Below, piece by piece: positions 53,624 to 62,791 of a stretch of DNA of 64,000 nucleotides. The stretch covers positions 224,001 to 288,000 of the forward strand of contig CBDCTZ010000012.1 of the NCBI GenBank assembly GCA_965222375.1. The letters are read 5' to 3'. This DNA comes from Polyangiaceae bacterium. GTDB lineage: Bacteria; Myxococcota_A; Polyangia; Polyangiales; Polyangiaceae. Position 1 is the first letter of the stretch. Every line of letters starts with the position of its first letter. The translations under genes were made by a program, and so were the position numbers. The notes under the pieces are model-generated. The model ran no database searches and was not told where the DNA came from. It worked only from the letters and a program-made list of their open reading frames with translations.

Positions 53624-56600
53624 ATGCCGTTCTCTCTTGGGTTTTTCGCGCGTCTGTTCACCGCCGCCTTGATCGCCGCTGGCGTGCTCGGCATAGCTTC
53701 TCCAGCCGAGGCGGCCACGACCATTCCCGGTGGCAACGTCATCAACCAAACTTGGACCCTGGCGGGTAGCCCCTACATCATCCAGGGCGACGTCACGGTT
53801 CCTGCGGGGGCGTTTCTGACCGTTCAGGCCGGGACGACCGTGCAGTTCGCGACCAGTGATGGCCAGGTCGCTGGTCGCAACACCTCCAAAGTCGAGTTGT
53901 CGGTGCACGGCACGCTCACGGTCAGCGGCACCCTCGCTAACCCGGTCAACTTCCAATCCCAGACGGGTTCGAGCTCTGGCTCCTGGTACGGAATCATCAT
54001 CGAGAACGACGCTACGGGGGCGAGCGTCGCCGGCGCGGTGATTCGACACGCCACCTACGGCGTATTGAGCGAGCGTGCGACCAATCTCTTCTCGGTTGTA
54101 GATACGACGGTGCAAACCAATCAGTACGGGATCTACGTCAAAGACGGCTCACCGACGATCACGCGGCTCTTGGCGACCGCCAACCAATACGGCGTGTACT
54201 CCACCGCACCCGGATCCCCAACCGTCAACGAGTCGCAATTCTACGGCAACACGTCGTACGGTCTGTACACCTACGCCAGTTCGGGCAAGTCGGGGACCAC
54301 GAACATCGACAAGAGCACCTTCGACAAGAACGGGAACTACGGTATCTACGCAAACCGCTCGAGCAGCGGCTCACTGACGGTGAACGTCAAGAACACCATC
54401 GTGACCAATCACACCAGCTACGGTGTGTATCGAGGGTCGAGCTACAAGGCCACCCTCTCTCTGACCAACTCGAACGTGTGGGGCAACGGCACCAACACCA
54501 ACGGAAGTTTCGGTACCGGCTCGTTTTCCGCCAACCCGCTGTACGTGTCGTCGTCGAACCTGCGCCTGACCTCGAATTCGCCGGCTCGCTTTGCTGGCGA
54601 CGCTGGCGGTGACATTGGCGCGCTGCCCTACACCGGGGATGCGACCGTTGGTCTGCTCGGTACGTTGTGGACCAACACGACCTTCAGCCCCTCCGGATCT
54701 CCCTACAGCGTTCTGGGCGACCTCACGGTTCCGAAAGGCGTGACCGTGACGATTGAACCGGGCGTGACCATGAACTTTCAGACAAGCGACCAGATGAAAG
54801 CGGGCGCCAATACCAGCAAGGTGGAGTTCAATGTCTCTGGCGCTCTCAATGCCGTGGGCAGTGCTGCCCAGCCCGTCATCTTCTCTTCTCCGGGAGGAAG
54901 CTCTGGAAGCTGGTACGGCTTGGTGCTCGAAACCGAGGCCAGCAACACGAAGCTCAGCCATCTGCAGAGCGAGCGAGCCACCTACGGCATTCGGTACGCA
55001 TCGACGGGTACTGGCAACTCGCTGGACCATCTGACCCTCAAAACCAACCAATACGGCATCTACATCATCGCGGGTTCGCCTGGCCTGGACATCATCCATG
55101 CCACCGCCAACCAGTACGGTGTGTACGCGACGGCGCCCGGCGCGTTCTCCCTGACCAACGGGCTGTTTCACGGCAATACGTCCTACGGCTTGTACACCTA
55201 CGCTTCGTCCGGCAAGTCGGCGACGGTGAGCATCAACAGCAGTACCTTCGACAAGAACGGGAACTACGGCATCTATGCGAACCGTTCGAGCAGTGGGTCC
55301 CTCACGGTCAATGTGAAGAACAGCATCGTGACCAACCACACGAGCTACGGCGTCTACCGAGGCTCCAGCTACAAGGCGACGATGTCGCTGACCTATTCCA
55401 ACGTCTGGGGTAACGGAACCAACACAAACGCCACATTGGGCACAGGCTCCTTTTCACAAAATCCCAACTACGTCAGCAGCGCCGACTACCATCTGCAGGG
55501 CTCTAGCGTTTGCATCGATGCCGGTGATTCTGTCGGCGCGCCGGATCACGACTACGAAGGCGTGACGCGTCCCTTGGATGGTGATGGGATCAACGGTACC
55601 GCGTACGACATGGGAGCGTACGAATTCGCTCTTACCAACACGTGCGGCGATGGCATTCAGGGCTCGGGAGAGGCCTGCGACGACGGCCCGAACAACGGCA
55701 GCTACGGCTACTGCAACGCAAACTGCACTGGCTTGGGGCCCCGCTGCGGCGACTCGGTCAAGAATGGCCCCGAGGAATGCGACGACGGCAACAGCAGCAA
55801 CACCGACGGCTGCACCAACACTTGCAAGCTGCCCGGGTGCGGCGATGGCTTCCCGCAAGCCGGGGAAGAGTGCGACGACGGCAACAGCAGCAACACCGAT
55901 TCGTGTCTCAATACCTGCAAGAACGCCAAGTGTGGCGACTCCTTCGTCGAGACGGGCAAGGAAGAATGCGACGATGGCAACAGCAGCAATACCGATGCCT
56001 GCCTGACGATCTGCAAAAAGGCCAAATGCGGGGACGGTTACACCCAAACCGGCGTCGAAGCCTGTGACGACGGGAATACCAACAACAACGATAGTTGCTC
56101 GAATACCTGCAGTCTGCCCGGCTGCGGTGACGGTGTGAAGCAGACCGGTGAAGAGTGCGATGACGGCAACAGCGACAACACGGACGCCTGCCTGAGTACC
56201 TGCTTGAACGCCACTTGCGGCGACGGCTTCACTCGCACCGGTTCCGAGGAGTGCGATGACGGCAACAGTAGCAATACCGATGCCTGTCTGACTACCTGCA
56301 AGTCTGCGAAGTGTGGCGACGGCGCGGTGCATGCCGGCAAAGAGGAATGCGACGACGCGAACAGCAGCAACGAGGATGCGTGTCTAAGCACATGCAACAA
56401 GGCAAGTTGCGGCGACGGTTTCACTCAGACGGGCGTGGAAGCCTGCGACGACGGCAATCAGAACAACTCGGACGGATGTTCGAATACCTGTGCGTTGCCC
56501 GGGTGTGGCGATGGTGTCAAACAGAGCAACGAGGCCTGCGACGACGGTAACCAGAGCGACGAGGACTCTTGTTTGAACACCTGCCTCAGCGCTTCCTGCG

Positions 56601-56935
56601 GAGATGGGCACGTCTGGGCGGGCACGGAGCAATGCGACGATGGCAATCTGCAGCCCGGTGATGGTTGCTCCCCGCTGTGCGAGTCCGAGGGAGGAACCGG
56701 TGGCGCGGGCGGTGCAGCCGGCGCATCGGGCGCTGCTGGAACTGGCGCCTTCGGTGGCTTTGGCAACTTTGGCGGCCAGGCCGGCAATCCCGGTGGTGGG
56801 GGCTCATCCGGAAGCGGATCCGGATGCGCGTGTCAGGCGCCGAGGGGCACGCCCACAGGGCCTGCCGCCGCTTGGGCTCTCGCTCTGCTTGGACTCGTGC
56901 TAGTTCGACGTCGGTGGCGCAACCAAGCGGCATAG
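53624..56935 (+). CDS. Large surface protein: duplicated beta-helix-like module, 11 myxobacterial Cys-rich repeats, MYXO-CTERM-like tail
   Basis: Signal peptide; two near-identical modules; CGD(G/S)...E.CDD.N repeats; GCAC...hydrophobic...RRR. Confidence 0.85.
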   Translation: MPFSLGFFARLFTAALIAAGVLGIASPAEAATTIPGGNVINQTWTLAGSPYIIQGDVTVPAGAFLTVQAGTTVQFATSDGQVAGRNTSKVELSVHGTLTVSGTLANPVNFQSQTGSSSGSWYGIIIENDATGASVAGAVIRHATYGVLSERATNLFSVVDTTVQTNQYGIYVKDGSPTITRLLATANQYGVYSTAPGSPTVNESQFYGNTSYGLYTYASSGKSGTTNIDKSTFDKNGNYGIYANRSSSGSLTVNVKNTIVTNHTSYGVYRGSSYKATLSLTNSNVWGNGTNTNGSFGTGSFSANPLYVSSSNLRLTSNSPARFAGDAGGDIGALPYTGDATVGLLGTLWTNTTFSPSGSPYSVLGDLTVPKGVTVTIEPGVTMNFQTSDQMKAGANTSKVEFNVSGALNAVGSAAQPVIFSSPGGSSGSWYGLVLETEASNTKLSHLQSERATYGIRYASTGTGNSLDHLTLKTNQYGIYIIAGSPGLDIIHATANQYGVYATAPGAFSLTNGLFHGNTSYGLYTYASSGKSATVSINSSTFDKNGNYGIYANRSSSGSLTVNVKNSIVTNHTSYGVYRGSSYKATMSLTYSNVWGNGTNTNATLGTGSFSQNPNYVSSADYHLQGSSVCIDAGDSVGAPDHDYEGVTRPLDGDGINGTAYDMGAYEFALTNTCGDGIQGSGEACDDGPNNGSYGYCNANCTGLGPRCGDSVKNGPEECDDGNSSNTDGCTNTCKLPGCGDGFPQAGEECDDGNSSNTDSCLNTCKNAKCGDSFVETGKEECDDGNSSNTDACLTICKKAKCGDGYTQTGVEACDDGNTNNNDSCSNTCSLPGCGDGVKQTGEECDDGNSDNTDACLSTCLNATCGDGFTRTGSEECDDGNSSNTDACLTTCKSAKCGDGAVHAGKEECDDANSSNEDACLSTCNKASCGDGFTQTGVEACDDGNQNNSDGCSNTCALPGCGDGVKQSNEACDDGNQSDEDSCLNTCLSASCGDGHVWAGTEQCDDGNLQPGDGCSPLCESEGGTGGAGGAAGASGAAGTGAFGGFGNFGGQAGNPGGGGSSGSGSGCACQAPRGTPTGPAAAWALALLGLVLVRRRWRNQAA

Positions 56936-57810
56936 TGCGGGGACTTTCGCTGGTCGCGTCGGCGGCGGCTTTGGCCGTCGCTTGCGCGGAGGCGGAGCCG
57001 ATCCGAGACGGCCCTTTGGATGGAGGAGACGAGGCAGGTGTGGATGGCAGCGCCGATGTCGCTGCCGAGGCGAGCGGCGGAGCGCCCGGCGACGCCTCGA
57101 CCGACGCTCCGCCTGGGGATGCCGCTGCGGGTTGCCAGTGTGAAGATCCGGGCTGCGGTACGTGCCCGACGGTGATGGAGGTGGCTGCAGGGGGCTATCG
57201 TATTGACGCCACAGAGGTCTCCAACGCTGCCTACGGTGAGTTCTTGGGCACCAATCCGTCCCCTAGCGCGCAGCCGCCAGAGTGCGCAGGCAACTCGAGC
57301 TTTGTGCCCAACAGCGGGTGGCCGGCTCCGAGCTCCCAGCAGCTCCACCCAGTGGTGGACCTGGATTGGTGTGATGCGCGCGCCTATTGCTTCTGGGCGC
57401 AGAAGCGACTCTGCGGTCGGGTTGGCGGTGGCGCGAATCCGTACACGGATTTCGCGGACTCCACGAAGAGCCAGTGGCACAACGCATGTAGCGGCGGTGG
57501 GTCCAGGACTTTCCCCTACGGCGCAACCTACACGGCGGCGACCTGCAATGGTGCGGACTATGGCTCGGGAACTACAGTCCCAGTTGGCAGCGCGAAAAGC
57601 TGCGAGGGTGGCTTCCCGGGGCTGTTCGATATGAGTGGCAACGTTTGGGAATGGGAGGATTCCTGCGACGCTCAGACGGGTGCCGGCGATCTGTGCCGTA
57701 TCCGAGGTGGCTCCTACGCCCAAAACGCTGCCAGCTTGGATTGCGCGGCGGACAGCGCTTTGCCCCGAGGGTCGGCGGGCAAGGCCGTCGGTTTCCGTTG
57801 TTGCGGCTAG
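56935..57810 (+). CDS. FGE/SUMF1-fold lipoprotein (lacks the catalytic Cys pair)
   Basis: IDATEVSN, PV..LDWCDA..YC, DMSGNVWEW, RGGSY, GFRCC. Confidence 0.85.
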   Translation: MRGLSLVASAAALAVACAEAEPIRDGPLDGGDEAGVDGSADVAAEASGGAPGDASTDAPPGDAAAGCQCEDPGCGTCPTVMEVAAGGYRIDATEVSNAAYGEFLGTNPSPSAQPPECAGNSSFVPNSGWPAPSSQQLHPVVDLDWCDARAYCFWAQKRLCGRVGGGANPYTDFADSTKSQWHNACSGGGSRTFPYGATYTAATCNGADYGSGTTVPVGSAKSCEGGFPGLFDMSGNVWEWEDSCDAQTGAGDLCRIRGGSYAQNAASLDCAADSALPRGSAGKAVGFRCCG

Positions 57811-57891
57811 CATTTGGGCGGATCCGCCCACGACCCGCGCGCTCGTAGAGCCCCCCGCGGCGCCGCGCCGCGTGATAGGCTTTCGTCCAGT

Positions 57892-60120
57892 ATGCTCAAA
57901 CGAGGACTAGCTTGTGTCTGGCTGGCGGCGCTGGGTGCGCTGCTGCTCACAGCGTCGTGCTCGGGGGACAAAGCGCCCCGGCGCGGGGAGATCATCGTCG
58001 CCTTTCAGACCGATTTATCGATTCCAAAGGACATCACCGTCCTGGTCGTTACCATCTATGTCGGTGGGACGAAGCGCTACCAAGCCGAGTTTCCCCTCAG
58101 CCCGGGCGGCAAGTTCGATCTGCCGGCGACTCTGGCCATCGTCGAGGGCGAGCAGAAGGCGCAACCGGTCACCATTCGTGTGACGGGCCTGGACGGCAGC
58201 CGCACACCCAAGGTGATCCGCCAGGCCGTATCAACGATACCCAGCGAACGCATCGCGCTGATGCACATGCCATTGCAGTTCTTGTGCCTGGATAACGAGG
58301 TCAAAGAAGACATCGATGTCGACGGTACGCCGTCCTATGTCGACAAGTGCACCAAGCAGGAACAGACCTGCATGTCCGGGGAGTGCATTCCGGACGAGAT
58401 CGACGTCAACACCTTGCCTGAATATGCCGGCGACCTGGTGTTCGGCGGGGCGCCACTGGGCTCCCCGGCGGGTCAGTGCTTGGACGTGTTGGGCTGCTTC
58501 GCGAAAGGCGTGACCGTATCGCCAGACACGGGCGATTGCAGTGTGGCGCTGCCCCAGGGCAGCGAAGAAAACGTCAATGTCGGTCTGGTCTTGCCCTTGG
58601 TCGCTGGTGGCCCGGGCATTTGCGGTTCCCAAGCCTGCATTGTGGCGTTGGAGCGGGACGACCTCACGGGTTGGAAGTTCGAAAACGGTCGAGCGTCCCT
58701 GCCCAAAGCCGTGTGTAGTCGTCTAGGCGCCGATATCGATGCCCTGGCAGTGACTTCTGGTTGCGTGACCAAGACTCCGGCCATTCCGACTTGCGGCCCT
58801 TGGTCGGGAATCGCGGGCGACTTCAGTGAGGATGCGGGTGCGCCCGCTGAGGGCGGCGCTGGCGAAGGCGGCGTGGGCGATGCGGGTGAGGGCGGCATCG
58901 ACGACCCCTGCGCAGCCGCGGAAGACGGCATTTACTGCAACTGGGAATCTGTGATCGGTGAGGGTGGGGAAATCTTGCGAGAGTGCAAGGGCGGCTTGAC
59001 TGTTTCAACGACGGACTGCAACGCAAGCGGGCAGATCTGCATCGACGGCGGTCCCGTGGAGTTTGCGTTCTGCGGCACCTTGGCCGACGGCGGAACGGAC
59101 GCGGGCGACGCCGCGCCGCCAGGACCTTGCTCTGCGAAACCCAAGGGATTCTTTTGCGACTCGGCGTCCCTCGTCGAGTGCGACGGTTTTGGCAGCACGG
59201 TCATCAGCAGCCTGTGCGGCACCGGTTGCACGTCCAGTGGACCGCACTCCTTCTGCAACGGTGTCACCGCTCCGCTCGAGCTGGGGCGGGCCTGCACCAA
59301 GGACGCCGACTGCGCCCCGTTGATCTGCCTAGACGACGCCGGGCTGCCGAGCGGCTCAGGCGTGGCCTATGGGGTGTGTACGACGCCGTGTACCCCAGGC
59401 CAGAATTCCTGCGATTCCGTCAAGAAGGGAGCGGGCTGTCACACCTTCGAAGCGGGCGCTTCCTACTGCTTGGAAGCGTGCAGCCCGAGTGATCCAACCA
59501 AATGCAACATGCGCCAGTATGAAATCGCCTGCGCGTCGCTGACGGACGTTGGCGACAACTCCCAGAAGAATCTCTGTTTGCCAGCTTGCTCCGGGGACTT
59601 GGACTGCAACCCCTTCGTCGAGGTGGGCCCTCCGGGCAATTGCTCGCTTCAGTCCGGGCTCTGCCAAAGCACGCCGACGCCCGTGCCAAACATCGGTGTT
59701 GACTGCAGTGGCGCCACCAGTTGCGCCGACAGCGTCTGCAGCACATTCACGTGGAGCGGTGGTACCAAGTCGGCCCAGTCGTGCTCCGCGGGCTGTTCCC
59801 TCGGCAACTTCTGCGAATACGATCCGGCTTCCCAGATCCCGCCCATGATGGCCGGGGCCTGCATTTGGCCAGCCAATCCCGCTGCCATTGACTACGGAAA
59901 CCTGGGCCAGTGCATGCAACTCTGCGGCTGCCAGCTGTCTTCGTGCTCGACGCCCGGCTTCCAATGCAATCAGCTGGTTGGCGGTGCGGTCAAGACCTGG
60001 ATCCAAAACGCCTTGCCCGGCTTTGCCGAAGCCTTGCAGCAGAATCACCAGGCAGAGGGCTACTGTGGCCCCCCAGTCGACCCCGCCGGCAACCCCCTCA
60101 CGCCCTTCGGCGGTTGTTAG
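57892..60120 (+). CDS. Large Cys-rich lipoprotein
   Basis: TASC lipobox; QTDLSIPKDI, LPATLAI; Cys-rich C-terminal half. Confidence 0.7.
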   Translation: MLKRGLACVWLAALGALLLTASCSGDKAPRRGEIIVAFQTDLSIPKDITVLVVTIYVGGTKRYQAEFPLSPGGKFDLPATLAIVEGEQKAQPVTIRVTGLDGSRTPKVIRQAVSTIPSERIALMHMPLQFLCLDNEVKEDIDVDGTPSYVDKCTKQEQTCMSGECIPDEIDVNTLPEYAGDLVFGGAPLGSPAGQCLDVLGCFAKGVTVSPDTGDCSVALPQGSEENVNVGLVLPLVAGGPGICGSQACIVALERDDLTGWKFENGRASLPKAVCSRLGADIDALAVTSGCVTKTPAIPTCGPWSGIAGDFSEDAGAPAEGGAGEGGVGDAGEGGIDDPCAAAEDGIYCNWESVIGEGGEILRECKGGLTVSTTDCNASGQICIDGGPVEFAFCGTLADGGTDAGDAAPPGPCSAKPKGFFCDSASLVECDGFGSTVISSLCGTGCTSSGPHSFCNGVTAPLELGRACTKDADCAPLICLDDAGLPSGSGVAYGVCTTPCTPGQNSCDSVKKGAGCHTFEAGASYCLEACSPSDPTKCNMRQYEIACASLTDVGDNSQKNLCLPACSGDLDCNPFVEVGPPGNCSLQSGLCQSTPTPVPNIGVDCSGATSCADSVCSTFTWSGGTKSAQSCSAGCSLGNFCEYDPASQIPPMMAGACIWPANPAAIDYGNLGQCMQLCGCQLSSCSTPGFQCNQLVGGAVKTWIQNALPGFAEALQQNHQAEGYCGPPVDPAGNPLTPFGGC

Positions 60121-60122
60121 CC

Positions 60123-61610
60123 ATGAGCGAAGAAGAAGAAGAAGACAGCAATCGCGACTCCCTCGCTCCCGTCGAAGCAGGGGATATCTTGCTCGACAAG
60201 TATCGCGTCGACCGCGTGCTCGGTGCGGGTGGCATGGGCGTCGTGGTTGCTGCGACTCACATCGAGTTGGAGGAACGAGTTGCGATCAAGTTCCTACGCC
60301 CCGAGGTGCTCGAAAATGAGGAAGCGCTGCAGCGCTTCCTCCGCGAAGCCCGCGCCGCAGTCAAGATCAAGAGTGAGCATGTTGCTCGAGTGATCGATGT
60401 CGGGCGCTTGGATACGGGCGCTCCCTACATGGTGCTGGAGTACCTCGAGGGTGGCGATCTGTCAGACGCTATCAAGGAGGGGCTACCGAGCATCGAGGAC
60501 GCCGTCGACTACGTGATTCAGGCGTGTGACGCCATGGCGGAGGCGCACGCCGCGGGTATCGTGCATCGTGATCTGAAGCCTGCGAACTTGTTTCGCTCGC
60601 AGCGCCCCGACGGGACCCAGGTGATCAAGGTTCTGGATTTCGGGATCTCCAAGGTCGCGATGCCGGACGTCGCGGATGCTGGACTCACCCGCACGTCGAC
60701 GGCCATGGGCTCGCCGCTGTACATGTCACCAGAGCAGATGCGCTCTAGCAAGGACGTGGACCTTCGCTCGGACATCTGGTCCCTGGGAATCATCTTGTTT
60801 GAGCTCATTGCCGGCAAGACGCCCTTCACGGGCGGGACCTTCCCGGAGCTGTGCGCTTCGGTCCTTGGCTCGCCGCCGAAACCGTTGCGCGAGTTTCGCG
60901 AGGACGCGCCCGAAGGGCTGGAAAGCGTCGTGGCCAAGTGCCTGGAAAAGGAACCCTGGGATCGATACAAGAGTGTCGCGGAGCTGGCCAAAGCCCTGCT
61001 GCCCTTCGCGCCGGATCGGTCCCGACCCGTCGTCGAACGCATCGGGAAGATCCTGGAGCGGGCGGGCATGCCGTCGTTCCACGACATGGACGTGACGGTC
61101 GCACCCGGAAGCGTGCCAGGAGCGACTGAGGCGAAGGGCGCCGCCGCTACCAACGCCGTTGCCCGAACCGCCAGCGCATGGGGCGGCACTCAGGGTGGAG
61201 AGTCAGCGGACAAACCCTCGCGTGCCAAGCTGTACCTCGCGATCGGTGGCGCTGCAGCGATCGCGGCTGGCTTGGCCTATGCCCTCGTGCCCAAGGCGAC
61301 GGTCATGCCAGACTCGTCCGCGGCGGCCGCACGCCCGAGCGCAGCGCCGACCCCGAGCGCCGTGGCCACGGACGTTCCAGAGGTGGTTCCTGCGCCGAAC
61401 CCGGCGCCCCCGGCGAGTTCCCAGGCAGCTCCCGAGCCTCCGCCGCAGCCCGCCGCGAAACCGACGCCGCGGGCCAAACCAGCGACCAAGCCGGTGTCGA
61501 AGCCCACGGCCAAGAAACCAGATCCGCCGCCGGACAAGACGGCGACGAAGAAACCTGATCCTCCTCCTACTCCCAAACCCAAGAACCCTCTCGACATGGG
61601 GCTGAAATGA
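60123..61610 (+). CDS. Hanks-type Ser/Thr protein kinase with TM and Pro-rich tail
   Basis: LGAGGMGVV, VAIK, HRDLKPAN, DFGISK, YMSPEQ. Confidence 0.95.
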   Translation: MSEEEEEDSNRDSLAPVEAGDILLDKYRVDRVLGAGGMGVVVAATHIELEERVAIKFLRPEVLENEEALQRFLREARAAVKIKSEHVARVIDVGRLDTGAPYMVLEYLEGGDLSDAIKEGLPSIEDAVDYVIQACDAMAEAHAAGIVHRDLKPANLFRSQRPDGTQVIKVLDFGISKVAMPDVADAGLTRTSTAMGSPLYMSPEQMRSSKDVDLRSDIWSLGIILFELIAGKTPFTGGTFPELCASVLGSPPKPLREFREDAPEGLESVVAKCLEKEPWDRYKSVAELAKALLPFAPDRSRPVVERIGKILERAGMPSFHDMDVTVAPGSVPGATEAKGAAATNAVARTASAWGGTQGGESADKPSRAKLYLAIGGAAAIAAGLAYALVPKATVMPDSSAAAARPSAAPTPSAVATDVPEVVPAPNPAPPASSQAAPEPPPQPAAKPTPRAKPATKPVSKPTAKKPDPPPDKTATKKPDPPPTPKPKNPLDMGLK

Positions 61611-62740
61611 ATCTGTCCGTCCTGAGACGATCGATCCGATCTGGTCTGGCCTTGGCGTTGTGCGTGCAGCTGGCCGCGCCCGCGCTGTGGGCGCAAGGTG
61701 CTGCGCCCGACACCAAGAAGGGTGACGACACCGCGGCACCCAAAAAGGGTGACAAGGCCAAGCCGAAGAAAGGCGACAAGGCGGAGGCCAAGGGCGACGA
61801 GGGTGAGAAGCCCGAGGGCGCCGAGGGCGAGCCCGAGGCACCCCCGGGCCCCAAGCCACTGTCCGAAACCCTGACGGGCATGGCTCGCGCCGAGTATGAA
61901 GCTGGCCGAATTCTGTACAACGACGGTGACTATCAAGGCGCACGGTTGAAGTTCGAAAAGGCGTTTAGCGTCAGCCAGGATGCGCGTTTGTGGTGGAACA
62001 TCGCCGCGGCTGAGAAGAACCTCCGAAACTACGCCAAGGTCATCGTGGCCCTGGACAAGTACCTAAAGAACGGCGGTGAATTGCTCACGCCACAGGATCG
62101 TGAGGATGCCAAGCGGTTGATCGAGACCGTTTCGGCTTTCGTCGCGACCGTGGAACTCAGCGTTCAGCCCGCGGGTGCGACCGTGCTCATCGATGGCGTG
62201 CACCTTGGCACGGCGCCCATTGCCGAGCCCCTCCGCTTGGACCAAGGCGATCGAGAGTTCGTGGTACGCAAGGCCGGTTTTATCGAGCACAAGGAGAAGC
62301 GGCGCTTGAGCGGCGGTGACAACGTCAAGCTTCAGGTCAGCCTCAAGCCCGAGCCCACGGACGGCAAGGTACGCATCATGGCTGGGGTGGGGGATTCGAT
62401 CTCCATCGACGGTCGGGTGGTCGGGCGCGGGACCTGGGAAGGTGAGCTGCCAGCCGGCGTTCACACACTGACCGTTACCGCCCCCAAGAAGCGCTCGTAT
62501 CAGAGTGAGATTGTAGTTCAGGTGGGGCAGACCAGCACCGCGCGGATTGCTCTCGAGGACGAGGGCGAAAAGGGGAGTGGCTTCTGGGGAACTCCCTGGC
62601 CCTGGGTTGTCGGTGGTGCGGTTCTGGCCGCAGGAGCCGGAGTTGGCGCCTATTTCGCTTTTCGTCCCGAGGACGAAGGGCCGCCGCCCATCGTGGACGG
62701 CACGCTGGGCAACACCCAAGCACCACTGTTTCGTTTCTGA
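61607..62740 (+). CDS. TPR-like + PEGA domain protein
   Basis: Signal peptide, helical repeat, QPAGATVLIDG...G.AP, second PEGA, C-terminal hydrophobic segment. Confidence 0.82.
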   Translation: MNLSVLRRSIRSGLALALCVQLAAPALWAQGAAPDTKKGDDTAAPKKGDKAKPKKGDKAEAKGDEGEKPEGAEGEPEAPPGPKPLSETLTGMARAEYEAGRILYNDGDYQGARLKFEKAFSVSQDARLWWNIAAAEKNLRNYAKVIVALDKYLKNGGELLTPQDREDAKRLIETVSAFVATVELSVQPAGATVLIDGVHLGTAPIAEPLRLDQGDREFVVRKAGFIEHKEKRRLSGGDNVKLQVSLKPEPTDGKVRIMAGVGDSISIDGRVVGRGTWEGELPAGVHTLTVTAPKKRSYQSEIVVQVGQTSTARIALEDEGEKGSGFWGTPWPWVVGGAVLAAGAGVGAYFAFRPEDEGPPPIVDGTLGNTQAPLFRF

Positions 62741-62791
62741 GCTTTCCTCGCTCGGCCTGCACCGCTATCCCCCATGGCGGAGGATCGGAGC

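Noticed and set aside
55640..56680. Roughly 96-bp periodic repeats as CRISPR or DGR
   Set aside because: They encode CGDG Cys-rich protein repeats with synonymous variation; no reverse transcriptase
56935..57810. FGE-fold protein as maturase of the sulfatase at 43297
   Set aside because: Lacks the catalytic Cys pair after RGGS, is a lipoprotein, and is unlinked
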